Of a stretch of DNA of 45,196 nt, positions 9,142 through 18,735 are shown in pieces. The stretch is from NCBI GenBank assembly GCA_964244855.1, contig CAXTLE010000001.1, positions 1 through 45,196 on the forward strand, written 5' to 3'. The stretch comes from an uncultured Aestuariivirga sp. Its GTDB lineage: Bacteria; Pseudomonadota; Alphaproteobacteria; Rhizobiales; Aestuariivirgaceae. Under the pieces are notes generated by a model. That model was not told the DNA's origin. It searched no databases and saw only the letters and a list, made by a program, of their open reading frames with translations. Made by a program: the position numbers and the translations under genes. Each line of letters starts with the position of its first letter. The stretch's first letter is position 1.

Positions 9142-10260
9142 TCAAACAGTTGTCCAGCTTCGTTGTTTTGACGATAAAATGGCGGCCTCCACGACTTTCT
9201 GAATTTCGTAAGCTTCACGGAAATCTGGACCGGATTTTTTGCGCTGCCCAATGGCGCCCAAAAACTCGGCCATTTCGATGGCCTTCAGATCATTGAAACC
9301 CAATTGATGGCCGCCTGCCACGCAGAAGCCGCCATAGGGTGCGTGTTGCGGGCCAGCCTCAATGCGGGTGAAGCCTGCATGTTGTGCAGGGCCGCCGGCC
9401 TTGTAATAGAGCAGCTCGTTCAGGCGTTCCTGTGTGAAGACAAGACTGCCTTTTTCACCCGTGAGTTCAAAGCCCAGTTGCATCTTGCGGCCGGTCTGGA
9501 CCCAATTCGCTTCAATAGTGCCGCCGCAGCCGCGACCAAAGTTCACAAGAAGGCGGGCGACATCATCGACTTCGACCGCTTTCATGTCCGATGAACCGCG
9601 GGCCAATGGGCGCTGTTTGATGATCGTGCGCACATCGGCACTCACCTCTGCAATATCACCCAATAGAAACCGCGCCATGCCGATGATATGGGAGCCGAGA
9701 TCAGCGATCACGCCGGGACCGCCCGAAGGATCAATTCGCCAGGTCCATGGGCTTTGCGGATCATGCATGTAATCTTCGGCGTGAATGCCGCGGAATCCGG
9801 TGATCTCACCCAGTTCAGCCGCATCGACCATTTGCTTTGCCAATTTCAGCAGCGGGTTCTTGATATAGTTGAAGCCCACTTGCGTGTTGACGCCCCGGGC
9901 TTCAGCAGCCGTCACCATTTCGAGTGAATCTGCGAGGGCTGGCGACAGTGGCTTTTCGCAATGCACATGCTTTCCCGCAGCAATCGCCGCAAGCGCCATT
10001 TCCTTGTGCATTGAGTTGGGCGTGGTGATGGAGACGACGTGAATGGCTGGATTGGCGATCAGGGCTTTCCAATCTCCTGTTGACGACTCAAAACCATATT
10101 GATGGGCGGCTTTGGCCGCGGCTTCGGCATTCACATCAGCCACAGCAACAAGGCGTGGTGTTGGAATGTCGGGGAAGGCTGAGAGGGCTGTACGATAAGC
10201 AATGGCATGGGCTTTGCCCATGAAGCCTGTGCCGATGAGGCCGATGCCGAGTTCTTTCAT
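9142..10260 (-). CDS. Gfo/Idh/MocA family NAD(P)-dependent oxidoreductase, probably an inositol-isomer dehydrogenase
   Basis: GLIGTGFMG Rossmann motif, CEKP, DLGSH. Starts 1 bp after the iolD stop (ATG 10260). Confidence 0.85.
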   Translation of the reverse strand: MKELGIGLIGTGFMGKAHAIAYRTALSAFPDIPTPRLVAVADVNAEAAAKAAHQYGFESSTGDWKALIANPAIHVVSITTPNSMHKEMALAAIAAGKHVHCEKPLSPALADSLEMVTAAEARGVNTQVGFNYIKNPLLKLAKQMVDAAELGEITGFRGIHAEDYMHDPQSPWTWRIDPSGGPGVIADLGSHIIGMARFLLGDIAEVSADVRTIIKQRPLARGSSDMKAVEVDDVARLLVNFGRGCGGTIEANWVQTGRKMQLGFELTGEKGSLVFTQERLNELLYYKAGGPAQHAGFTRIEAGPQHAPYGGFCVAGGHQLGFNDLKAIEMAEFLGAIGQRKKSGPDFREAYEIQKVVEAAILSSKQRSWTTV

Positions 10261-10261
10261 A

Positions 10262-12106
10262 TTACACACCCACACGCTGTCTGGAGCGCACATCAGCCTG
10301 ATATTTTTGCTGTTCCTGCACCACAGGCCGATCAGAAACCTGCGGCACGCCCACATCCCACAGGGCATCACCCGGCGTCCATGTATAGGCGTCCGACACG
10401 ATGGCGATCACCGTTGTGCGGTCAGTTGTTTTGGCCCAGTCCATGGCGTGTTCCAGTTCTGCGAGGCTTGTGACCTTGCGTGCCATGGCCCCCATGGATT
10501 CAGCGTGCTTCACAAAATCCACACTGAACGGCGGAATGGCTGTCTTGCAGTCCTTCAGCAGATTGTTGAAGCCGGGGGTTCCCTTGAACTGCTGCAGGCG
10601 GCTGATCACGGCATAGCCACCATTGTCGCAGACGATGATGATCAGCTTGTGCCCGGTGAGTACGCTTGAATAGATATCGGAATTCATCAGCATATATGAA
10701 CCATCACCGACCATGACGATGACCTCGCGCGAGGGATCTGCCATCTTCGCACCCCAGCCACCGGCAATTTCATAGCCCATGCAGGAGAAGCCGAATTCAA
10801 GATCATAGGAATTTGTGGTTTTGCAGCGCCAGTTCTTCATGGTCTCACCGGGCAGTCCACCTGCAGCTGTCAACATGTAATCGCGGGGCCCGGCTTTCTT
10901 GTTCACAACACCCACAACCTGCGCATAGGTTGGCACCGGTGCATTGGTTGGCATCTGGTAGCCATCAAGGGCCACGTTCCATTCGGCCATAAGTGATTTA
11001 GCTTTCTTGGTCCAGGCCGCATCAACCTTCCAGCCATTGAGAGCCTCAGCCAATTCTTCCATCGTCGCCTTGGCATCGCCGACAACGGCAAGGGCCCGGT
11101 GTTTTGTTGCGTCCCAACGGGCGGCATTGATAGAGATAAATTTTGCCTCGTGGTCGAACAGCGTCCAAGAGCCCGTGGTGAAATCCATCAGGCGTGTGCC
11201 AATGGCAACGATGACATCGGCCTCCGCACCCAGCGCATTGGCGGAGGTAGAGCCGACAATTCCGATGGGGCCTGCATAGGCTGGGTGGTCATGCGGTACC
11301 GTGCTTTTTCCTGCGATTGTTTCAGCGATGGGGATGCCGTGCTCCAATGCGAACTGGGCGACAATGTCTTCAGCACCTGAATAGCGCGTGCCACCGCCCG
11401 CGATGATCAACGGACGCTTGGCGCCTTTGAGCAATGCTATGGCTTCGTCCACACGTTTCTTGTCTGGCCTTGCACGCGGAATTTCATGCACGGTTTTCTC
11501 AAAGAATTTCGCCGGATAATCACAAGCCTGTTCCTGAATGTCCTGCGGCAGCGCAATGAAAGCCGGACCACAATCAGCAGGGTCCAGCATTGTGGCTACG
11601 GCTTGAGGCAGGGACGAGATAATCTGCTCCGGATGCACGATGCGGTCCCAATAGCGGGTTACAGCCTTGAAGGCATCGTTCACATTGATCGTCGGATTGC
11701 CGAAATGTTCAACCTGCTGCATCACCGGATCAGGTCTGCGGTTGACAAAGGTATCGCCAGATAAAATCAAAATTGGCAAACGGTTGGCATGCGCTACACC
11801 GGCAGCGGTCACCATGTTCGTCGCACCCGGACCAATCGACGACGTCGCAACCATGATCTGGCGGCGGCGCTTGGCCTTGGCAAAGGCAATGGCCGCCAGC
11901 GCCATGGACTGTTCATTCTGCCCGCGCCAGGTCGGGAAAGTATCTTGCACCGCTTCAAGTGCTTCCGATAAACACGTCACGTTGCCATGGCCAAAAATGC
12001 CGAAGATGCCGGGGAACAGTGGAACCTCTTCGTCGTCCACGATCGTGAACTGACGCATCAGATAGCGCACCAGTGCCTGGGCCATGGTCAATCGGATTGT
12101 AGACAT
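10262..12106 (-). CDS. iolD: 3D-(3,5/4)-trihydroxycyclohexane-1,2-dione acylhydrolase (TPP-dependent)
   Basis: N-terminus MSTIRLTMAQALVRYL, GIFGHGNV, GQNEQSMA, SSIGPGATNM, EFGFSCMGYEIAG, TPP motif GDGSY...N. Confidence 0.95.
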   Translation of the reverse strand: MSTIRLTMAQALVRYLMRQFTIVDDEEVPLFPGIFGIFGHGNVTCLSEALEAVQDTFPTWRGQNEQSMALAAIAFAKAKRRRQIMVATSSIGPGATNMVTAAGVAHANRLPILILSGDTFVNRRPDPVMQQVEHFGNPTINVNDAFKAVTRYWDRIVHPEQIISSLPQAVATMLDPADCGPAFIALPQDIQEQACDYPAKFFEKTVHEIPRARPDKKRVDEAIALLKGAKRPLIIAGGGTRYSGAEDIVAQFALEHGIPIAETIAGKSTVPHDHPAYAGPIGIVGSTSANALGAEADVIVAIGTRLMDFTTGSWTLFDHEAKFISINAARWDATKHRALAVVGDAKATMEELAEALNGWKVDAAWTKKAKSLMAEWNVALDGYQMPTNAPVPTYAQVVGVVNKKAGPRDYMLTAAGGLPGETMKNWRCKTTNSYDLEFGFSCMGYEIAGGWGAKMADPSREVIVMVGDGSYMLMNSDIYSSVLTGHKLIIIVCDNGGYAVISRLQQFKGTPGFNNLLKDCKTAIPPFSVDFVKHAESMGAMARKVTSLAELEHAMDWAKTTDRTTVIAIVSDAYTWTPGDALWDVGVPQVSDRPVVQEQQKYQADVRSRQRVGV

Positions 12107-12188
12107 GAGAAGTACTCCAAAATGCTGTTTTATTTTCCTTGGATTGGGACTAGTCAAGCGTGCGAGTCAAGTGGAGAGGTTTGAAATC

Positions 12189-13148
12189 ATGGCTGTCGTG
12201 TTGGTTGCTGGCAAAATCCATCATGCGGGGTTGGATTTGCTTCGCTCCCGAGATGACATTTCAGTTATATACGTGGAAGCTGTGACAACTGAAGCCTATC
12301 TCCATGAACTTCCTGGTGCGGACGCCTTACTCATTAGAACCCAGCCTTTGACAGCAGTCGATATTGCAACGGCAACCAAGTTGAAAATCGTGTCGCGTCA
12401 TGGTGTGGGATATGATGCGGTTGATGTTACAGCATTGAATGCGCGAAAGATTCCCTTGGCCATTGTGGGAGATGTCAACTCCCGTGCCGTGGCCGAGCAC
12501 ACCTTGATGCTGATGTTGACTGCCGCCCGTCGCACAATCGCTCATCACATCGCCTCGACGACCGGCAACTGGAACGAACGCAATCGTTTCGATTCAACTG
12601 AACTTGATGGCAAGACCCTGCTCGTCCTCGGTTTTGGCCGCATTGGCCGCCGTGTTGCCGAGCTCGCAAAAGCCTTCGGCATGATCATTCGCACCTATGA
12701 CCCCTTTGTTACAGCAGCACAGATGGATGATGTTTACGTGTTGCGGGCAGAAAGCTTGACGTCTGACCTTGCCATGGCAGATTTCGTTACTGTCCATATG
12801 CCCGGAGGACAAAATGGCGCTATTATCGGCGCAGCTGAATTTGCGATGATGAAGCCATCTGCAATTATTGTAAATGCGGCCCGCGGCGGCTTAATTGACG
12901 AAGTTGCTTTGGATGCAGCGTTACGACAACGCAAGCTGCGGGCTGCAGCGCTGGACGTCCTGTCGACCGAGCCCCCCACAGCGAACCATCCACTTTTGAC
13001 CAACCCTTACGTCACGATCAGCCCACACAATGCAGGCCTGACTGAAGAATGCGCCTTGAGGATGTCACTGTCCGCTGCGCAAAACATACTTGATGCGTTT
13101 GATGGCAAGTTGGATTCGAAACTTGTAGTCAATGCGAATGCAATTTGA
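12189..13148 (+). CDS. D-isomer-specific 2-hydroxyacid dehydrogenase (SerA-like, no ACT domain)
   Basis: RHGVGYD, NSRAVAEH, GFGRIG, NAARGG, LDV..EP, SPHNAG. RBS-like GGAGAGG upstream of ATG 12189. Confidence 0.88.
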   Translation: MAVVLVAGKIHHAGLDLLRSRDDISVIYVEAVTTEAYLHELPGADALLIRTQPLTAVDIATATKLKIVSRHGVGYDAVDVTALNARKIPLAIVGDVNSRAVAEHTLMLMLTAARRTIAHHIASTTGNWNERNRFDSTELDGKTLLVLGFGRIGRRVAELAKAFGMIIRTYDPFVTAAQMDDVYVLRAESLTSDLAMADFVTVHMPGGQNGAIIGAAEFAMMKPSAIIVNAARGGLIDEVALDAALRQRKLRAAALDVLSTEPPTANHPLLTNPYVTISPHNAGLTEECALRMSLSAAQNILDAFDGKLDSKLVVNANAI

Positions 13149-13199
13149 GGCCTGTCCATGGCGCCATGAACCGTTTAATCGTTCAAGTTTGCGCAATAC

Positions 13200-14123
13200 T
13201 TAAACCACGTCGGGCCGCCTGCCGCCTTCAAACGGATAGCGCTTGCGGAAATCCTCGGCAATTTCTTCAAAGGTCATCCATTCCGTGCCTTCCTTTTTAT
13301 TGATGTATTTGATCAGGCGTTCCAGCATCAACAATACCTGCGGCCGACCACTCACATCGGGGTGAATGGTGAATGCAAAAACCGCATAATCCATATTGTC
13401 GTAAACCCAGTCAAACTGGTCACGCCACATTTCTTCAATGTCGCGCGGATTGACAAAGCCATGGCTGTTAGCGGCTTTCTTCATGAACATCATGGGTGGA
13501 AGGTCATCCACATACCAATTGGCACCCACTTCAACCAGATCAATTTCCTTGCCATGGATCATCGGCTTCATCCACTCCTTGGCAGTCTTCGAATAGTCTA
13601 TGGTGGACCATGTATCGCCGACGCGTGCATAGAATGGTTGGAAATCACGATAGCCTTGGCTGTGGTCATATTTGAAACCGTATTTCAGCAACAGTGCCGC
13701 CGTGGAATTTGACATTTCCCACCACGGTGCCACATAGCCGCGCGGCTTGGCGCCACAAACCCGTTCAATCAAACCAACGCAATGGGCGAGCACATCTTCT
13801 TCCTGCGTCGGCGTCATGGCGATGGGGTTTTCATGCAAGTAACCATGTGCGCCAATTTCATGGCCCTCATCCGCAATTCGCTTCACTTGGTCCGGGAATG
13901 ATTCAATCGAATGGCCGGGAATAAAGAAGGTCGTCTTCAACTTGTATTTCCTGAACAGATTAAGCAGCCGGATATTGCCCACTTCACTGGCAAACACGCC
14001 GCGTTGAATGTCTGACGGTGAATCCGCACCACCATAAGATCCAATCCAGCCTGCGACTGAATCAATGTCTGTACCGAATGCGCAGATGATCTTCTTTTTC
14101 TTTTTGCTTCCAGACTTGCCCAT
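13200..14123 (-). CDS. Polysaccharide-deacetylase-fold (CE4) hydrolase, HP0310/PgdA-like
   Basis: [70 protein letters not shown]. No signal peptide. Confidence 0.88.
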   Translation of the reverse strand: MGKSGSKKKKKIICAFGTDIDSVAGWIGSYGGADSPSDIQRGVFASEVGNIRLLNLFRKYKLKTTFFIPGHSIESFPDQVKRIADEGHEIGAHGYLHENPIAMTPTQEEDVLAHCVGLIERVCGAKPRGYVAPWWEMSNSTAALLLKYGFKYDHSQGYRDFQPFYARVGDTWSTIDYSKTAKEWMKPMIHGKEIDLVEVGANWYVDDLPPMMFMKKAANSHGFVNPRDIEEMWRDQFDWVYDNMDYAVFAFTIHPDVSGRPQVLLMLERLIKYINKKEGTEWMTFEEIAEDFRKRYPFEGGRRPDVV

Positions 14124-14153
14124 GTTCTCTCCTGTTGTTGTGGGTTCAAAGTA

Positions 14154-15506
14154 TTATCCCCTCACCACCGCTTCCAGTGCCAGCCCCACCGAAAGCAAGT
14201 CCTGATCGCGCCCGTGCGGTGCAGAGAGCAAAAATCCCGTGGGCATGCCATCATGGTCAACGCCATTGGGTATCGAAAGCCCGCACCAATCCAGAAAATT
14301 GCCAAGCATGGTGTTGCGCAAGGTCGTGGCATTGACGCGAAAGAACTCTTCATTGTCGGCCTCAAGCGCTGCAATTGGCATCGCCACATGTGGTGTTGTG
14401 GGGCACACGACAATCGCGTCACCAATCAACTGCGCCGCAGCTGCAATCAACTGCTGACGCTGATACATGATCTCGACAAGATCAACCGCCGTCATTTTTT
14501 CGGCGAGCTTGATGCGCTGAACCACGCGCTGGTCCATGCGTGCAGAATCAGGACCATTCACACGATCCTGGTGAACATGAAGCGCTTCCGCACCCAGAAT
14601 ATTTCCGCGCATTGAAACAAGTTTGAGAATGGCATCAAATACCGGGAATGCGACACGACGAATTTGACCACCAGACTTTGAAATGCGGGATAGCGATGAT
14701 TCAAAGTTGGCAGCGACGGCATCTTCAATGCCATCGAACATCACATTGCCAGGAACAATGAAGCTGCGGCCTTTCACGTCAGCTTTCCTCACGTCAGCTT
14801 TTTTCTGCCCGCGCAAAACCGCATAGATCAACGCACAGTCTTCAACCGTCTGCGCCAATGGTCCAAGACTGTCATAGGTCCGCGACAGCGGAAACACGCC
14901 GGCCATCGGGTAACGTCCCGTCGATGATTTGTAGCCAACAATACCGTTGAATGCAGCAGGAACCCGGATGGAGCCACCCGTGTCCGATCCGATCGCCAGC
15001 GGCAACAATCCTTTGGCCACAGCAACTGCAGAGCCCGAAGACGACCCGCCCGGCGAACGATGCACTTTGCAATCATGCGGATTGCGCGGTGTACCATAAT
15101 GTGGATTGAGCCCAAGCCCTGAATAGGCAAACTCCGTCATGCCAAGTGTACAGACGGAAACCAGACCAGCCCGTGCCGCCGCTTGCACCAAAGCCGCATC
15201 AGCCAGTGCAGGCGCATTGCTTTTGAGCACCACGGAACCTGCCGTCGTCACACGGGTTTCAAGATCAAACAAATCCTTCCAGCCAACAGGAACACCGTCG
15301 ACAAGGCTTGCGGGCTGCCCGGCCTTCAATCGCCGCGCTGCTGCCTTCGCCTCTTTCCGCGCACGCTCCACCAGTGTCGACGTAAAGATTGCAGGATCGT
15401 CGCACATTGCGATTTTATCCAGCACAGCTTCCGTCAGCTCAACCGCATCAAGATTGCCATTGCGCAATTTTGCGGCGAGTTGAACAACCGTTTCCACGAC
15501 CTTCAA
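14154..15506 (-). CDS. Amidase-signature family amidase
   Basis: Catalytic Lys in GVPVGWKDLFD, GGSSSGS, GSDTGGSIRVPA. TTG start overlaps the ggt stop. Confidence 0.9.
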   Translation of the reverse strand: MKVVETVVQLAAKLRNGNLDAVELTEAVLDKIAMCDDPAIFTSTLVERARKEAKAAARRLKAGQPASLVDGVPVGWKDLFDLETRVTTAGSVVLKSNAPALADAALVQAAARAGLVSVCTLGMTEFAYSGLGLNPHYGTPRNPHDCKVHRSPGGSSSGSAVAVAKGLLPLAIGSDTGGSIRVPAAFNGIVGYKSSTGRYPMAGVFPLSRTYDSLGPLAQTVEDCALIYAVLRGQKKADVRKADVKGRSFIVPGNVMFDGIEDAVAANFESSLSRISKSGGQIRRVAFPVFDAILKLVSMRGNILGAEALHVHQDRVNGPDSARMDQRVVQRIKLAEKMTAVDLVEIMYQRQQLIAAAAQLIGDAIVVCPTTPHVAMPIAALEADNEEFFRVNATTLRNTMLGNFLDWCGLSIPNGVDHDGMPTGFLLSAPHGRDQDLLSVGLALEAVVRG

Positions 15507-17257
15507 AATCCCGCCGCCGAACCTGATGGGCGCCGATTATCATTGGCCCCATAGAGCCGCCCGGGAACCGATTTTCCTGAAGCCGCCGCATCATTACCGG
15601 AACTTGGCGTCATGCTGGCATTCATTTGCTTTGGCGCAATGTAAATCGCCTCCGCTGCACCCCAGGGAATTTGCTCCACCACCTTGTGGCCCATCATATT
15701 CAGTACACGGACAGTATCAGGTGACAGCGCATAGGGCTCTACCGTGATCTGGTCAGGCAACCATTGGTGATGAATGCGCGGCGCATCCACCGCCTCCTGA
15801 ATATTCATGCCATAGTCCACCACATTGATCAGTGTGTTCACAACAATCGTAATGATGCGCGAACCACCGGGGCTGCCCAGCACCATGATGGTCCTGCCGT
15901 CCTTGGTCACAACCGTCGGGCTCATAGAACTCAAAGGACGTTTCCCCGGTGCAATCACATTGGTCTTGCCCTGCACCAGGCCAAACAGGTTGGGCACACC
16001 TGGCTTGATGGTAAAATCATCCATCTCGTCGTTGAGCAAAAACCCGGTGTCCCCCGCAATGACACTCGCGCCAAAGAAACCATTGATGGTATAAGTCACC
16101 GACACCGCATTCCCCGCAGGATCAACAACCGAATAGTGCGTGGTCTCCATTCCCTCATGTGGCGGCGTGCCTGGTTGCACGTCCTTGGAAACCGTTGCCT
16201 TACCCTGATTGATCTGTGTACGGATTTGTTCCGCATAGGCATCCGACAATAATTTCTCCACCGGGTTCTTGACAAAATCCGGGTCCCCCAACTGGAAATT
16301 CCGATCCACATAAGTATGCCGCATCGCCTCCGCCATCAGATGCACACTGGCCGCCGAGTGATATCCCATCTGCGCAATCGGATAGCCTTTGAGAATATTC
16401 AAGATCTCGCAAATCGCCGTTCCTCCTGATGAGGGCGGTGGTGCTGAAATCAGATCATAGCCACGATAGCTGCATTTCACCGGTGCCATCTCGGCCACAG
16501 CATAATCCGCAAAATCCTGCTTCGACAAAATCCCGCCATTGGCAGCACTCGCCGCCACAATCGCGTCAGCAATCGTCCCCTTGTAAAATGCATCAGGCCC
16601 ATCCTGAGCAATCTTCTGCAACGTCGTGCCCAGATTTTTCTGCACGAATGACTCACCCGCAGCCCAAGGCTTGTCGCCATTCAGAAATATCGCCGCCACG
16701 TTGGGCTGCGTCGCAAACGCCTTCGCACCAACCTTCAAAATATCAACATCACCCTGATTGAGAACAAAGCCTTCAACTGCAAACTTGATGGCAGGCGCCA
16801 TCACCTGCGCACGTGTCATCGTTCCATATGTCATCAGCAGACTATCAAGCCCCATCACGGAACCCGGTACAGCAACAGCGCGATAGCCGATCAGGCTCAG
16901 GTCCTTCACAACTTCACCCTTGGCATCAAGGTACATCGCCGGCGTTGCAGCCAATGGAGCCTTCTCGCGGAAGTTCAAAAACACATCGCGACCATTCGCC
17001 AGATGCAGCGTCGCAAATCCACCGCCACCCAGATTACCACAACAGGGATTGGTCACTGCCAGCGCATATCCAACGGCCACAGCCGCATCAACAGCATTGC
17101 CACCTTGCTTCATGATCTCGACGCCCACATCAGTGGCCAGATGCTGCGACGTCACCACCATGGCCTTCTCGGCGGACACAGGCTGGGGCGACGCAGCGAA
17201 ACCCGCAGTGCAGGACATTAAAGCAAAGATAGCGGCACTCAATCCGGTTTTCATCAT
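15503..17257 (-). CDS. ggt: Periplasmic gamma-glutamyltransferase
   Basis: Signal peptide, GGNAVDAAVA, NFREKAP, autocleavage site E|TTHYS, NDEMDDF, PGKRPLSSMSP, GSPGGSRI. Confidence 0.95.
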   Translation of the reverse strand: MMKTGLSAAIFALMSCTAGFAASPQPVSAEKAMVVTSQHLATDVGVEIMKQGGNAVDAAVAVGYALAVTNPCCGNLGGGGFATLHLANGRDVFLNFREKAPLAATPAMYLDAKGEVVKDLSLIGYRAVAVPGSVMGLDSLLMTYGTMTRAQVMAPAIKFAVEGFVLNQGDVDILKVGAKAFATQPNVAAIFLNGDKPWAAGESFVQKNLGTTLQKIAQDGPDAFYKGTIADAIVAASAANGGILSKQDFADYAVAEMAPVKCSYRGYDLISAPPPSSGGTAICEILNILKGYPIAQMGYHSAASVHLMAEAMRHTYVDRNFQLGDPDFVKNPVEKLLSDAYAEQIRTQINQGKATVSKDVQPGTPPHEGMETTHYSVVDPAGNAVSVTYTINGFFGASVIAGDTGFLLNDEMDDFTIKPGVPNLFGLVQGKTNVIAPGKRPLSSMSPTVVTKDGRTIMVLGSPGGSRIITIVVNTLINVVDYGMNIQEAVDAPRIHHQWLPDQITVEPYALSPDTVRVLNMMGHKVVEQIPWGAAEAIYIAPKQMNASMTPSSGNDAAASGKSVPGRLYGANDNRRPSGSAAGF

Positions 17258-17334
17258 GACAGAAAATCCTTCAGCTCATAGCGAAGCCTAAGACGCAATC
17301 TGCCTCCACGCAAACAAAAATCAAACGCTGTCTG

Positions 17335-17643
17335 TTGCAGATTTGTACCGGACATTTTTCCAGCGTCGCATATTTCCGCAACGAAGGACAAAAAATGCGC
17401 CACTGTGTTTTGAGCTACGCGCGCAGCTGCATCTCAGGCGACAATTCCATCTGGGCCATGGAGCTGCAAAGCAAAGACGGGCTTGAAAAGAAACAGACGA
17501 TCCAGGTGACCAAGACAGGGCTGATTGTACAATGCCGCGGCAAGCTCAACCGCCTGCCAACACATCCTGAGTTTTCCATTCTTGAACGCTGGGCGCGGCA
17601 AGCGGGATTGAGCATTTCAACGCATGTCAAAGTGGCGAGCTGA
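17335..17643 (+). pseudogene. Probable C-terminal fragment of a PcfJ-like domain protein
   Basis: NEGQKMRHCVLSY...C..G...IW...TIQV...IVQCRGKLNR.P...IL.RW matches my recollection of the PcfJ-like motif pattern. The conserved EG lies upstream of the first in-frame ATG (17395), and there is no room for a long N-terminus. Confidence 0.55.
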
Positions 17644-17705
17644 GCCTTTGCACCTCACCCAAGATCAACCCTCACACAATCCACCGCAGACACTGTAAGC
17701 ACACA

Positions 17706-17730
17706 ATGAATAAATGGCCCGGTTCCGGGC
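17706..17730 (-). terminator. Possible intrinsic terminator after the APH-family kinase
   Basis: Minus strand reads GCCCG-GAAC-CGGGC followed by CATTTATTCATT, 6 bp after the stop. The stem is short. Confidence 0.4.
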
Positions 17731-17736
17731 TGTGAT

Positions 17737-18735
17737 TTAACTCACAAACTGAGTTGCGAGAAAGAGCTTCGCCGCCACCATTGTCGCTGCACGTATTTCA
17801 GGCATCCGTTCAGTAACGCCAGCTTCGCTACGCCGCGCTTCCATCCAGCCAAGATATGCAAAATCTCTTAAAGCCAGAAACACATCCAGTGCTTGTTCAT
17901 CCATCAACGACAGCTGGCGTTGCGAGCGGTAGCCTGAGAACAAGGACTTCTTCATCGCATCGTAATGGGGTTCTGCGCGGTTCTTCACCAGCGCCGTCGC
18001 AATATCATACATACGAAAGCCAAAGCCTGAGTCATCAAAATCAATGATGCGCAAACCTTGAGCTGTGACCAGAATATTCTGCCGCACAAAATCCGCATGA
18101 ATCAAACCATAGTCAGCACCCTTGTGTTTCAGTGACTGCAGCACTGCCACCGCTTTCTGACGCGCCTGGCTTAATATTAATCGTTCATCATCAGTTAGTT
18201 CCCCGGCCTTCCAGAACGCACCCCAGAACGGTTTTTCACCGACAAAACCATCGAGATCCCATGCATGGCGCTGAAAATCGGCAGGAATTACCCACGCATC
18301 TGATGCCGCATGAAGTCTGGCCATGGCTTCACCCAGATTGAAGAAAATCGTCTGAAGTTCGGCCTTGTTGTAAGGCAGCGGATCAATAGAGTTACCAAGC
18401 GGCGTTCCATCAAGCCACGTCAGCACATCCACGAAATAGGTTTTTCCTTCAAATACAATTTCCGCAAGATATGCGTTTTCCATATTGCTCAACGGCTCTG
18501 GAACTTTCAGGCCGCAGGCAGCCAGATGCGCCATCCATGTCATTTCGGATTCAATCGCTTCTCTGCCATGATATCCCTGCCGATGTACGCGCAAGGCCGC
18601 AGCGCCCCGTGTTGTTTCCACCTTGAAGACTGAGTTTTCGCGCTGCATGAATAGTATGGGTGCCGATGTTATGCAGGACCAGTGCTTGCAGGCGCGGTTG
18701 GCGATTTCTGTGGCGCGATCAGATCTATCGGTCAT
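17737..18735 (-). CDS. Aminoglycoside-phosphotransferase/homoserine kinase type II family kinase
   Basis: RENSVFKV, ALRVHR, Brenner motif HADFVRQNIL, IIDFDD. Confidence 0.88.
   Translation of the reverse strand: MTDRSDRATEIANRACKHWSCITSAPILFMQRENSVFKVETTRGAAALRVHRQGYHGREAIESEMTWMAHLAACGLKVPEPLSNMENAYLAEIVFEGKTYFVDVLTWLDGTPLGNSIDPLPYNKAELQTIFFNLGEAMARLHAASDAWVIPADFQRHAWDLDGFVGEKPFWGAFWKAGELTDDERLILSQARQKAVAVLQSLKHKGADYGLIHADFVRQNILVTAQGLRIIDFDDSGFGFRMYDIATALVKNRAEPHYDAMKKSLFSGYRSQRQLSLMDEQALDVFLALRDFAYLGWMEARRSEAGVTERMPEIRAATMVAAKLFLATQFVS

Noticed and set aside
14091-14105. A/T-run encoding the Lys stretch at the deacetylase N-terminus as a phase-variation tract
   Set aside because: The runs are only 5 nt and interrupted.
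13200-17257. Reading ggt-amidase-deacetylase as an hpxW/hpxY/puuE purine-degradation cluster
   Set aside because: The GGT has a signal peptide and canonical glutamate-binding motifs (NDEMDDF, RPLSSM). The deacetylase is HP0310-like rather than PuuE-like, and no other purine genes are present.
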